From: an uncultured Tepidamorphus sp.
Lineage (GTDB): Bacteria > Pseudomonadota > Alphaproteobacteria > Rhizobiales > Tepidamorphaceae
Length of the DNA stretch: 48,108 nucleotides
Assembly (NCBI GenBank): GCA_905479765.1
Contig: CAJQNW010000051.1
Span: forward strand, 1-48,108
Direction: 5' to 3'
Both the position numbers and the translations under genes were made by a program. Positions 18,687 through 27,836 of this stretch are shown piece by piece; the first letter of the stretch is position 1; each line of letters begins with the position of its first letter. Under the pieces are notes generated by a model. It worked only from the letters and a program-made list of their open reading frames with translations, did no database searches and was not told where the DNA came from.

Positions 18687-20219
18687 GTGGCCAAAGACCT
18701 CCAGGTGTCGCTATTAGGCGAACTGCGCGTCACATCGGCGGGAAACGAGGTGTCGCTACCGGCGTCGCGCAAGGCGCGCGCGCTTCTGGCCTTTCTCGTC
18801 GCATCGGGCCGCCCGCATCGCCGGGAGCGGCTGTGCGAAATGTTCTGGGATCTGCCCGACGACCCGAAGGCCGCCCTGCGGTGGTCGCTGAGCAAGCTGC
18901 GGCGGGTGGTGGACGCGCCGGAGCATCCGCGAATCATCGCCGACCGGGAACGGGTCCACTTCGACGCCGACGACGTCGATATCGATTTCAGGGATATCCA
19001 TGCGCGGCTGCGCCGCCGCGACGAGCCGCTCGCCGTGGCGGAGCTCGAATCGATGGCCGGGCAGCTGGACCAGGTCTTCCTCGACGGTCTCGACGGGACC
19101 GGCGGCGAGGCGTTCGACGCCTGGCTGATGGCCGAGCGCGACGACGTGCTGGCCGCGCGCGTCGAGGTGCTGCGGCGGCTTGCCACCCATCCCGACGTCG
19201 CACCGGCCTCGGCGAAGAAATGGCTGCGGATCTGGCACGACGTCGATCCCGCCGGCGCCGAGGCGCACGAGCAGGGGCCGGATCCGACGCGCGAAACGGC
19301 AAGCGCGGCCGACGACGAGTCGCCGGCCAGGCGGGTGGCGCGGTCGATGTCGAAGATCAAGGCGCGGGCCCTGCGGGCGCAACGGATCGGGTTCTGCCAG
19401 GTGCGCGACGGAACCAAGATCGCCTTCGCGACCGTCGGGTCGGGGCCGCCGATCCTGAAGGCCGCCAACTGGCTCAACCATCTCGAGTTCGACTGGGGAA
19501 GCCCGATCTGGGGCGGCAGCTTCGCCGCGCTGTCGCGCTACCGAAGCTTCGTGCGCTACGACGAACGCGGCTGCGGGCTCTCGGACTGGGAGGTCAAGGA
19601 CCTGGGTTTCGACGCCTTCGTCGAAGACCTCGAAGCGGTCGCCGACAAGCTTGGCCTCGACCGCTTCCCGCTGCTCGGCATCTCGCAAGGCTGCGCGGTG
19701 TCGATCGAATATGCCGTGCGCCATCCCGAGCGCGTCACCGGGCTGATCCTGATCGGCGGCTACGCGGCCGGCTGGCGGCACCTGGCGAGCCCGGAAGAGC
19801 AGGCGCGCCGCGAGGCGGTGCTGACGCTCACCGAGGTCGGCTGGGGTACCGACAATCCGGCCTACCGGCACATCTTCTCGCAGACCTTCATGCCGGACGC
19901 GAACCCGGACGACCTCGCCTGGTTCGACGAATTCCAGCGCCAGACCACCTCGCCGCGCAACGCGGCACGGTTTCAGGACGCCTTCGGCTACATCGACGTT
20001 CGCCACCGGCTGGCCGACGTCAAGGCGCCGACGATCGTGCTGCATTCGAAATACGACCAGCGCATTCCGCTCGACATGGGCCGCGCGATCGCCTCGGAAA
20101 TTCCCGATGCGCATTTCGTCCCGCTCGAAAGCAAGAACCACGTCCTGGTCGATTACGAGCCGGCCTGGGAGGTTTGCATCGATGCCGTCGGCAAGTTCCT
20201 GATCGAAAACGAGATCTAG
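18687..20219 (+). CDS. Transcriptional regulator: SARP-type winged helix/BTAD-like N-terminus fused to an alpha/beta hydrolase domain
   Basis: N-terminal LLGEL...KARALLAFL...RERLCEMFW...LRWSLSKLR; C-terminal RYDERGCGLSD, GISQG, D in SKYD, H in SKNH. Confidence 0.85.
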   Translation: MAKDLQVSLLGELRVTSAGNEVSLPASRKARALLAFLVASGRPHRRERLCEMFWDLPDDPKAALRWSLSKLRRVVDAPEHPRIIADRERVHFDADDVDIDFRDIHARLRRRDEPLAVAELESMAGQLDQVFLDGLDGTGGEAFDAWLMAERDDVLAARVEVLRRLATHPDVAPASAKKWLRIWHDVDPAGAEAHEQGPDPTRETASAADDESPARRVARSMSKIKARALRAQRIGFCQVRDGTKIAFATVGSGPPILKAANWLNHLEFDWGSPIWGGSFAALSRYRSFVRYDERGCGLSDWEVKDLGFDAFVEDLEAVADKLGLDRFPLLGISQGCAVSIEYAVRHPERVTGLILIGGYAAGWRHLASPEEQARREAVLTLTEVGWGTDNPAYRHIFSQTFMPDANPDDLAWFDEFQRQTTSPRNAARFQDAFGYIDVRHRLADVKAPTIVLHSKYDQRIPLDMGRAIASEIPDAHFVPLESKNHVLVDYEPAWEVCIDAVGKFLIENEI

Positions 20220-20262
20220 TCAGGCATCGCGGGGCCGCCGGAAATCGGCACGATTCAGGCGG

Positions 20263-21933
20263 TCACGGCGCGCTGTCGGTCTGGCCGATCCGGGCGACGA
20301 CCGCTTTCGCCCAACGCTCCTGGATGAGGCCGAAGCAATCGTGGATCGAATCGGCCGCGATGGTGCTGCCGTTGGTCAGCCGGCCGGTCAGCCACAGGCC
20401 CTCCACCACCGCGCCGTCGGCGTCGATCGCCGCACCGTCGGGCGTGCATCTTGCGCCTAGGCCATCCGCCACGGCCGCCAGACCGGAGGCCTCGATCAGC
20501 CCGGTGACGAGCGGATCGCTCACGGGGTTCAGCGCCGCCGGGGGCAGGACGCTGTCCACCATCACGGACGCGGTCACCGCCCGGTCTCCGGCTTTCAGCT
20601 GCCAGCCTTGCGCGGTGAGGGCGATGTCGGGGTCGTCGGCTGCGCGCGGATCGACGAGGCCGGCTTCAGCCAGCGTCAGGAAATTTTGCAGCGTCTCCAC
20701 CGGCGCGCCGTAGGAATACCGCTTGAGCCCCTCGTCGAAGCCGGTCATCGCTTGCGCCGTCCCGGCCGGTTTCCGCGCGCCGTCGTAGACTTCGCGCAGC
20801 AGCGGCTGCCATTTGCGCCAGAGCTGTCCGACTACGTAGCCGACGGACGGCGGTTCGTCTCCGGCCGCCTCGGCGAGCCCGGCGCGCAAGGCGTCGATCG
20901 TGCCGCGCTTCTCCTGACTGCCGGGCGCCTCCCGTTCGGCTGCCAGCCAGCGATCCACCGCCCCGGCGTCGGCGTCGTCAGCGTTGGCGTCCCGACCGGT
21001 CTCGCGGAGGATGCGCAGCGCCGGCATCGCGATCGCGTCGCACACCGTTTTCAACGCCTCGCCGGAGGGGCCGCGCAGGGCTGTTTCCAGGGCAATCCGC
21101 AGGGATACGTTTTCCTGCGGCAGCGGCTCGAACCGGGCGTCGACGGTTTGGTTCAACGGCTTGGGCGCCGGCGCGTGCCCGTCCAGCGAGAACGGCACGA
21201 TCCGGGCAGGCTCGCGCCCGGAGGGCAGATATCGTCCGGCCTCGAACCTGCCGCCCAGGCCGAGCGTCAGCGCCTGCACGACGTCGAGAGCCGACAGGCC
21301 GAGGCCGCGGATGCCGACCGTCCGTCCGGCCCAGCTGTCGGCCGCCTCGACCAGCGCGGCCGCCGGATACGCTTCCTTGAACGGCAGCCCGTGACGGGTC
21401 GCGTGGACGCGCCAGCGCGCCGTCTGATCGTCGTCGCCGCTCTCGGGCTGGCCGAGCGACAGCAGGACATGATCGTAGGGACCGTGTCGGCCTGGCCCGC
21501 CGGCGAGGCGCCATTGCCGGCCATCGCGTTCCGCGCCGGTGATCTGAAGATGATGGAGGGTCACGGTCATCCCGTCCGGCAGGCGCGTCAGAAGATCGCG
21601 GAACCGGGCATTCATGTAGCTCCCGAGCCGGGCGCGGGGAACGAATGCCTCGGCGTCCGCGCCTGACTGCCCGAGCCATTCGGGCATGTCGCCCACCCCG
21701 GATCCTTTCACAGGAGGTGGCAGGTCGATGCTTCGCACCGGCAGGTTCAGCAGGCAGACCTTGCTTTCGTCCGGGCTGAAATTCGGGCCGGCTGCCGGCC
21801 AGTCGAGGGGGTCGAACAGATCGACCGCTAAGGTCACGTCACCGTGTCCGGCGTGGCGGACGAGCGACTCCAGCGCACCCAGCCCGCGCGGACCGAAACC
21901 GACGATCGCGATCCGGTTCGATCTCAGCCCCAC
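20263..21933 (-). CDS. FAD/NAD(P)-binding oxidoreductase
   Basis: IAIVGFGPRG, FVPRARLGSYM, and a second dinucleotide-binding motif IRGLGLSALD. Confidence 0.8.
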   Translation of the reverse strand: MGLRSNRIAIVGFGPRGLGALESLVRHAGHGDVTLAVDLFDPLDWPAAGPNFSPDESKVCLLNLPVRSIDLPPPVKGSGVGDMPEWLGQSGADAEAFVPRARLGSYMNARFRDLLTRLPDGMTVTLHHLQITGAERDGRQWRLAGGPGRHGPYDHVLLSLGQPESGDDDQTARWRVHATRHGLPFKEAYPAAALVEAADSWAGRTVGIRGLGLSALDVVQALTLGLGGRFEAGRYLPSGREPARIVPFSLDGHAPAPKPLNQTVDARFEPLPQENVSLRIALETALRGPSGEALKTVCDAIAMPALRILRETGRDANADDADAGAVDRWLAAEREAPGSQEKRGTIDALRAGLAEAAGDEPPSVGYVVGQLWRKWQPLLREVYDGARKPAGTAQAMTGFDEGLKRYSYGAPVETLQNFLTLAEAGLVDPRAADDPDIALTAQGWQLKAGDRAVTASVMVDSVLPPAALNPVSDPLVTGLIEASGLAAVADGLGARCTPDGAAIDADGAVVEGLWLTGRLTNGSTIAADSIHDCFGLIQERWAKAVVARIGQTDSAP

Positions 21934-21999
21934 GTCATTTTCCTTTAGTCGGCGTCCGGTCCCGGCTCTGTGCGGACGGTCTTGCAGGCGAGGCGCGCC

Positions 22000-23100
22000 T
22001 TACTTCGCCTTCACCGTCCCGATCGCTGCGCCCTGCAGGTAGTGCTGGCCGGGCTTGGCGGTGAGGTCGACCGCGTCCTTCTGGAACAGGACGATGACAT
22101 CGGAGCCGCCGAACTGGAAGAAGCCGAACTCCTCGCCCTTGTGCAGGGTGGCGCCGACGTCGGGCGTGAGTTCGACGCTTGAGACCGGGCCCATGCCGAT
22201 CGGCAGGATCGCGACGTAGCCCATTTCCTCGGTTTCCAGCACGATGACGCCGCGCTCCTGGCGGAACTGGTAGGTCTCGCCGTCGGTGAGATAGGTCGAG
22301 CCGTCCGGCTTCACGAAGACGCCGATATAGGCGAAGCCCGGGACGATCTTCTTTTCCACCACCTTGCCGGCGAAGGGGACGTGGAAGCGGTGATAGTCGG
22401 TGATCGACAGGAAGAAGTGGGTGAACTGGCCGCCGGCGAACTTGTCGGCGTAGTCGCTGTCCTGCAGCAGGTCGGAAATCTTGTGGGAGACGCCCTTCAC
22501 CTCGAGCGTCGCGTCGTCGGTGATCGGGAAGGCGCCCTTGTAGACGGAGTCGCCGGGCGAGACGACGGTCTTGCCGTCGCCAAGGCCGGCGATGGGGCGC
22601 TGGCCGGGCTTGATCTCGCGGGCGAAGAACTGGTTGAAGGTGAGCCAGCCGCTGGGGCCGACGAAATACTGGTCCATCTTCATCGACGGGTCGTCGTAGA
22701 AGGTCTGGAGGCCCGCGGCCGATTGCGGCGAATCGAGGAAATGGCCCCATTCGGAGACCACCGCCTTCGACCAGTCCTCGAATTCCGGGCTCTCGCGCAG
22801 CGTGTCGTTGATGTCGGTGATGATGTAGAGCGGGCCTAGCTTGTCCTCGATGTTGCGGTTGGTCGGGATCAGCCGAACGATGCCGTTGATGTAGGTCTCG
22901 AACGTCGCGACGCTGTCGATGCCGTCCATCTTGGCCTTGGCGATCGCGTCTTCAAGTGCGGTTTCCAGCTCCGGCTTGGCATGCAGCAGGGCCTTGAGGC
23001 CCTTCACCGACTTTGAATCGCCGTAGCCGCTTGCCTGCGCCAGCGCCACGGGAATGACCAGGAAGAGCACTGCCGCCAGTGCCAGTTTGAACGTCTTCAT
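22000..23100 (-). CDS. Phosphatidylserine decarboxylase-like pyruvoyl proenzyme with signal peptide
   Basis: Start MKTFKLALAAVLFLVIPVALAQA; motifs FNQFFAR, SPGDS, VKG, DYHRFH and KGEEFGFFQFGGSDV (self-cleavage site GG|S). Confidence 0.85.
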   Translation of the reverse strand: MKTFKLALAAVLFLVIPVALAQASGYGDSKSVKGLKALLHAKPELETALEDAIAKAKMDGIDSVATFETYINGIVRLIPTNRNIEDKLGPLYIITDINDTLRESPEFEDWSKAVVSEWGHFLDSPQSAAGLQTFYDDPSMKMDQYFVGPSGWLTFNQFFAREIKPGQRPIAGLGDGKTVVSPGDSVYKGAFPITDDATLEVKGVSHKISDLLQDSDYADKFAGGQFTHFFLSITDYHRFHVPFAGKVVEKKIVPGFAYIGVFVKPDGSTYLTDGETYQFRQERGVIVLETEEMGYVAILPIGMGPVSSVELTPDVGATLHKGEEFGFFQFGGSDVIVLFQKDAVDLTAKPGQHYLQGAAIGTVKAK

Positions 23101-23204
23101 GGGGAGACCTCGATCGTCGGGTTTTCGATTGCGCCGGACAGATACAGCAAAAACCCTAATCGTCTGCCAAACCTCCAGCAACCGGACACAAAGGTCCGCG
23201 CCGA

Positions 23205-23975
23205 CTATGCCGGGCCGGCGCCGTCTGCCCGCAGCGCCGGCAGGCCGACACCGGTCGATTCGAAGCCCCCGTCGGCGGCGATCACCTGGCCGGTGACGTA
23301 GCTGGCGCGGTCGGAGCAGAGGAAGGCGATGACGCCGGCGATTTCGTCTTCCGAGCCGTAGCGGTTGAGCGGGATCGCGTCGTGATAGGCGGCGATGATT
23401 TCCGGCGTGTGGACGGCGGCGGCCAGCTTGGTGCGCACCGGGCCGGGCGCCACGCAGTTGGCGCGCACGCCGTGTTCGCCGAGTTCGGCGGCCTGCTGCC
23501 TCGTCAGGTGAATGACCGCGGCCTTCGAGGTGCCGTAGGCGACCCGCAGGGTGGAGCCGCGCAGGCCCGAGATCGAGGCGATGTTGACGATGCAGCCCTT
23601 TGTCTTCTTCAGCGCGGGAATGACGGCCTGCGAGCACAGGAAGACGCCGTCGAGGTTGGTTTCCATCACCGCGCGCCAGCGGGCGAACGTGTGATCCTCC
23701 ATCGGGCCGAAATCGGCGACGCCGGCATTGTTGATCAGAAAATCGATGCGGCCGAAGCGGGCCAGCGTGTCGGCGACCATAGCGTCGACATCGGCGGGCA
23801 TCGAGACGTCGTAGGGCAGGGCGAGGGCATTTTCGAGCCCGTCCGAGGCGCGGGCCAACTCGTCGGCGTCGCGGTCGGCCATCGCCACCGAGACGCCCTC
23901 GGCCAGCAACAGCTTCGCCGTCGCCAGCCCGATGCCGCGCGCGGCCCCCGTGACGATTGCCGTTCTTGCGCTCAT
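23205..23975 (-). CDS. Short-chain dehydrogenase/reductase
   Basis: TGAARGIG, NNAG, catalytic YGTSK, and DGG. Confidence 0.93.
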   Translation of the reverse strand: MSARTAIVTGAARGIGLATAKLLLAEGVSVAMADRDADELARASDGLENALALPYDVSMPADVDAMVADTLARFGRIDFLINNAGVADFGPMEDHTFARWRAVMETNLDGVFLCSQAVIPALKKTKGCIVNIASISGLRGSTLRVAYGTSKAAVIHLTRQQAAELGEHGVRANCVAPGPVRTKLAAAVHTPEIIAAYHDAIPLNRYGSEDEIAGVIAFLCSDRASYVTGQVIAADGGFESTGVGLPALRADGAGPA

Positions 23976-24090
23976 TCAATCCACCCTGCGTCTCGATTTC
24001 ATCTTGCCGGCGCGTTGGCCGGCGACTGGAGGGACTTCGTATCGCGCGGCGGGGAGGCCGTACAGAGGCGCACGGGTATCGCGCCGCCCC

Positions 24091-24426
24091 TTAGAGCCGA
24101 GCGGCCCGCAGTTCCGCCGACCAGTGGGCGAGCCTGTCCTTCAGGATGCGGTCGCGGCTCATCGCCGGGGTATCGTCGTCGAGGCGCTCCAGTTCCTCGA
24201 AGACGAAGCCGTCGCCGCCTTGCGCGGTCCACGCCTCCTGCAGGTCGCGGCGGGGATGGGCGCCGCGCCGCAGCGTGAAGGACATGCGGTTCCAGATCGT
24301 CGACAGGTCGATGGCCTTGCCGACCCAGCGCAGGTCCAGCGCCTCGCAGCGGATCGCGAAGATGCCCGCCGCGATCTTGCGTTCCCTGTAGGCGGTCAGT
24401 GCCGCCTTCCGATCCGTCCGTTGCAC
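24091..24426 (-). CDS. Stand-alone GIY-YIG nuclease family protein (LuxR-associated-like subfamily)
   Basis: RKAALTAYRE, GIFAIRC...WVG, NR, L...H...LQEAW and FVFEELE. Confidence 0.75.
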   Translation of the reverse strand: MQRTDRKAALTAYRERKIAAGIFAIRCEALDLRWVGKAIDLSTIWNRMSFTLRRGAHPRRDLQEAWTAQGGDGFVFEELERLDDDTPAMSRDRILKDRLAHWSAELRAARL

Positions 24427-24463
24427 GATGCCGTCCTTCCGCTTGCTTGTGGTTGATTTTTAT

Positions 24464-24473
24464 TACCCGGGTA
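24464..24473. promoter_or_regulatory. Perfect palindrome TACCCGGGTA in AT-rich flanks between divergent genes; candidate operator
   Basis: TTTTTAT-TACCCGGGTA-TAATT; overlaps a TATAAT at 24472-24477. Confidence 0.5.
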
Positions 24474-24512
24474 TAATTGACGTGTCCAGCGGCAAGCGGT
24501 AAACGGGGCGTC

Positions 24513-25109
24513 ATGGAAACCGCACCCCACACCGTCACCGCGTTCGCAGGCTTCACACGGCTGGCCGCCGGCCTGCCCGCCGATGTGGCCGTCGCCGTTC
24601 AGCGCGCCTTGTCGGCGCAACCGGACGTCAGCGTCCTCGTCTTCGACGACACGCGCGGCAGCGTCGTCGACCTCGACCTGCGCGGCGACGCGGCGGCGGT
24701 GCGGCGGCGCTATGCGCCCGCGCGACCCGACGACACAAAGGCCGAAGCGGGCGAAGGTCCGGCTGCCAAGCGTGGCCGGGGCCGCCCGCGCCTCGGGGTC
24801 GTCTCGCGGGAAGTCACCCTGCTGCCGCGCCACTGGGACTGGCTGGCGACCCAGCCCGGCGGCGCGTCGGCGGCGCTGCGCCGGCTCGTCGAGGATGCCC
24901 GTCGCGCGCGCCGCGACACCGATGCGGCCCGCGCGGCGCGGGAGGCGGCATACCGGGTCATGTCGGCGCTCGGCGGAGACCTGCCGAACTTCGAGGAGGC
25001 GTCGCGGGCGCTGTTTGCGGGCGACCGTCCGGGGTTCGAAACACAGCTGTCGGACTGGCCCGGCGACGTGCGGAAGTATCTTCTGGGGCTTGCCTATGGC
25101 GCGCATTGA
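24513..25109 (+). CDS. DUF2239 family protein
   Basis: FDDTRGSVVDLDLRG and GRGRPRLGVVSREVTLLPRHWDWLATQPGGASAALRRLVE. Confidence 0.88.
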   Translation: METAPHTVTAFAGFTRLAAGLPADVAVAVQRALSAQPDVSVLVFDDTRGSVVDLDLRGDAAAVRRRYAPARPDDTKAEAGEGPAAKRGRGRPRLGVVSREVTLLPRHWDWLATQPGGASAALRRLVEDARRARRDTDAARAAREAAYRVMSALGGDLPNFEEASRALFAGDRPGFETQLSDWPGDVRKYLLGLAYGAH

Positions 25110-25998
25110 ATCGAACGGCATCGCGATCGAATACGATTGCGCCGGACCGGACGGCGGGGTGCCCGTCGTGCTGATCTCGGGGCTCGGCACGCAGATGATC
25201 CGCTGGGCCGAGCCGTTCCGCCAGGCGCTGGCGGCGCGCGGCTGCCGGGTGATCCGGTTCGACAACCGGGACGCCGGGCTATCGACGCATCTGGCCGACG
25301 CGCCGGTGCCTGACTTCGCCGCCGTCGCCGGGGCGCTGGCGCGCGGCGCGCGGCCCGCCGTTCCCTATACGCTGCACGATATGGCCGCCGACACGATCGG
25401 GCTTCTCGACGCGCTGTCGATCGATGCGGCGCATGTCGCCGGCCGGTCGATGGGCGGCATGATCGGCCAGCTTGTCGCGAGCCGATACCCGGACCGCGTC
25501 CTGTCGCTGACGTCTATCATGTCCTCGACCGGCAATCCCGGTCTGCCACCGGCGGCGCCGGACGTCATGGCCATGATGATGGCGCCGGCGCCCGATCCGC
25601 GCGACGACGAGACCGGTTTCCTGGCGCACGGTCTTGCGTTCGCCCGCCGCATCGCCGGTCCCGGCTTCCCGTTCGACGAGGCGGCCTGGCGCGATCAGCT
25701 GCGGGCCGAATACCGGCGCGCGCACGACCCGGCCGGCGCGGGCCGCCAGATCGCGGCGATCGCTGCGACAGGCGATCTCCGTGCGCAGCTCAAGCGCCTC
25801 GATGTCCCGGCCCTGGTGGTGCACGGCAGCGACGATCCGCTGATCCCGCCGGCGAGCGGCAAGGATACGGCGGCGAACATTCCCGGCGCCGAACTGATGA
25901 TCGTCGACGGCATGGGCCATGACCTGCCTTCAGCGCTGCACGAGCCGCTGGCCGACGCGATCGAGCGAACCGCGCGGCGCGGCCGAGGGGCGGCCTGA
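25096..25998 (+). CDS. Alpha/beta fold hydrolase
   Basis: Start MARIESNGIAIEY overlaps the DUF2239 end; RFDNRDAGLS, GRSMGG, HGSDDPL and GMGHDL. Confidence 0.9.
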   Translation: MARIESNGIAIEYDCAGPDGGVPVVLISGLGTQMIRWAEPFRQALAARGCRVIRFDNRDAGLSTHLADAPVPDFAAVAGALARGARPAVPYTLHDMAADTIGLLDALSIDAAHVAGRSMGGMIGQLVASRYPDRVLSLTSIMSSTGNPGLPPAAPDVMAMMMAPAPDPRDDETGFLAHGLAFARRIAGPGFPFDEAAWRDQLRAEYRRAHDPAGAGRQIAAIAATGDLRAQLKRLDVPALVVHGSDDPLIPPASGKDTAANIPGAELMIVDGMGHDLPSALHEPLADAIERTARRGRGAA

Positions 25999-26029
25999 AC
26001 GGCCACCCTGCAGCCTGTCGTGTCCCGGC

Positions 26030-26404
26030 TCAAAGGTTGGCGATTTCGCCCTTCAGCGAATAGGTGATGGCCAGCACGTCCTTGCGGCTCTGCTCGTCGA
26101 TCTTGTGCCGGTCGAGGGTCGTCATGATGTCGTCGATCGCGGCCATGTATTCCTGGTCGCTGATGTTCATGCCGCGATGCGTGTCCGGCATGCTGCGGCC
26201 GGCGTATTGCTCGGGTCCGCCGCTGCCCATGCCGAGGAAGTCGCACAGGTGCCGCTTGGCGCTGGCCAGTTCCTCCGGCTTGTCGCGATAAGGCAGGAAG
26301 CGCGCCTTGATCACCGGGTTGCTCATGTGGGCCTCGATGATGTCGTCCACCAAAGCCGAAATGCCAGCGCTCTTTCCGAGTCGGTCGTACAACGCGTCGC
26401 TCAT
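26030..26404 (-). CDS. Group I truncated (2/2) hemoglobin
   Basis: LYDRLG, GGPEQYAGRSM and proximal His in DTHRGMNI; RBS GAGGAG. Confidence 0.88.
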   Translation of the reverse strand: MSDALYDRLGKSAGISALVDDIIEAHMSNPVIKARFLPYRDKPEELASAKRHLCDFLGMGSGGPEQYAGRSMPDTHRGMNISDQEYMAAIDDIMTTLDRHKIDEQSRKDVLAITYSLKGEIANL

Positions 26405-26670
26405 GTCTGTTCTCCTCGACGGTCAGCGCTGACAAGCGGCGGTCTCAACCAGACGAAGACCGGGTTTCGCGCTTTGAACCGCAATCACCGTAGGAAGACC
26501 AGCGGCGGGAGACTAGTACTCGAACTGTACCGGCGGCAGTTGCGCAGCCGAAGCGGACCATCCGTTTGAAACCAACCGAAACGGTCCGCGCTAACGCTGT
26601 GGCGGGATTATTGACGCCGCGGAATTGAATGCCGTGCTCAATTGGCTAACATGTTCGTCAGGAAGCGCCG

Positions 26671-26865
26671 ATGGCGCGGATTTCCGACCGGGGCACCAAT
26701 ATTACCGCCTCGACGCTTTACGAGTCCGGATCGACCACGGCCATGTTCCCGGACGTTCCCGCCGGCGAACACATCGTGCGGCTGATTTGTAAAACCGATG
26801 CGAGAGACACCGTAACCGTCCAGTTCCGGAACGTGTCGACGATGTACTTCCCGGGAATGCTGTAG
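26671..26865 (+). pseudogene. C-terminal fragment paralogous to the secreted protein at 27984-28613
   Basis: TTAMFPDVPAGEHIVRL...STMYFPGML aligns with TTVFKDVAAGQHVVRL...TTMFVRGQL; lacks the signal peptide and N-terminal two thirds. Confidence 0.6.
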
Positions 26866-26954
26866 GAAGCGGAGCAGGCCTCGGCAATTGGCTTGACGGT
26901 CACCGACAATCGGGCGATCACGAAATCGACGTCGTTGTTTCAGACCGTCAGGCC

Positions 26955-27836
26955 ATGACGCGCACCGCAGTTCCTATTGCCGTTGCAACGGCCGCCGCCC
27001 TTTTCGCGGCGGCGATGTCCCCGGTCGGGGCGCGGCCGCTCGGCGACGACGAGGGCGCCATGCCGTCGGCGCATCGCGACACGATCTGCACCCATATCGA
27101 GGCGGCAGCCGCCGGCAGCGGCCTGCCGGTTGCCTACCTGACACGGCTGATCTGGCGCGAGAGCCGGTTCAAGGCGAACGCCGTCAGCCCCAAGGGCGCG
27201 CAGGGGATCGCCCAGTTCATGCCGTCGACGGCGGCCGAGCGCGGCCTTGCCGATCCCTTCGAGCCGCGCTCGGCGATCCACGCGGCGGCGTCCTTCCTGA
27301 CCGACCTCAAGAACCAGTTCGGCAACCTAGGGCTCGCGGCGGCGGCCTATAACGGCGGGCCGAACCGCGTCGCCAACTGGGTCGCGGGATCCGGCGGCCT
27401 GCCCTTCGAGACGCAGCACTTCGTCCGGGTGATCACGGGCCGGACGGCCTTTGACTGGAAGGAACCGCCGGAGGGTCCGGGGTCCGAACCCGACCAGATC
27501 TCCAAACCGGCCACCTGCGGCGCGGTGGTGGCGACGCTCGGCAGGCCGGCGCGGTTCGTCCCGGCGATCTCGCCGGCGCCGACCGCACCGTGGGGTGCGC
27601 AGGTCGCGGGGCATTTTTCGAAGGACCGGGCGCTGGCGATCTACGCCAACCTGCAGGGGCGCTACGACGAGATCCTGGCCGGGCAGGCGCCGATGGTGGT
27701 GGGCACGCGCAACCGCTCGCGCGGCTCGGCGGTGTTCTTCGCCGTGCGTATTCCCGCGCAGAGCCGGGAGGAGGCCGGCAAGGTCTGCGCGAAACTGAAG
27801 AAGGCCGGCGCGGGCTGCATCGTCCAGAAGAGCTGA
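26955..27836 (+). CDS. Lytic transglycosylase (SLT domain) with C-terminal SPOR-like domain
   Basis: Signal peptide; ESRF, GAQGIAQFMP and LAAAAYNGG; C-terminal WGAQVAG...C..LK..G..CIV. Confidence 0.9.
   Translation: MTRTAVPIAVATAAALFAAAMSPVGARPLGDDEGAMPSAHRDTICTHIEAAAAGSGLPVAYLTRLIWRESRFKANAVSPKGAQGIAQFMPSTAAERGLADPFEPRSAIHAAASFLTDLKNQFGNLGLAAAAYNGGPNRVANWVAGSGGLPFETQHFVRVITGRTAFDWKEPPEGPGSEPDQISKPATCGAVVATLGRPARFVPAISPAPTAPWGAQVAGHFSKDRALAIYANLQGRYDEILAGQAPMVVGTRNRSRGSAVFFAVRIPAQSREEAGKVCAKLKKAGAGCIVQKS

Noticed and set aside
22000-23979. 659-aa fusion ORF containing the decarboxylase
   Set aside because: The N-terminal part is an off-frame read of the SDR gene; the real start is ATG 23100 with a signal peptide.
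24583-25095. N-terminal extension of the alpha/beta hydrolase
   Set aside because: Off-frame overlap with DUF2239; hydrolase homology starts at 25096.
26610-26645. FNR/FixK box upstream of the hemoglobin gene
   Set aside because: The TTGA...TCAA spacing does not match TTGAT-N4-ATCAA.
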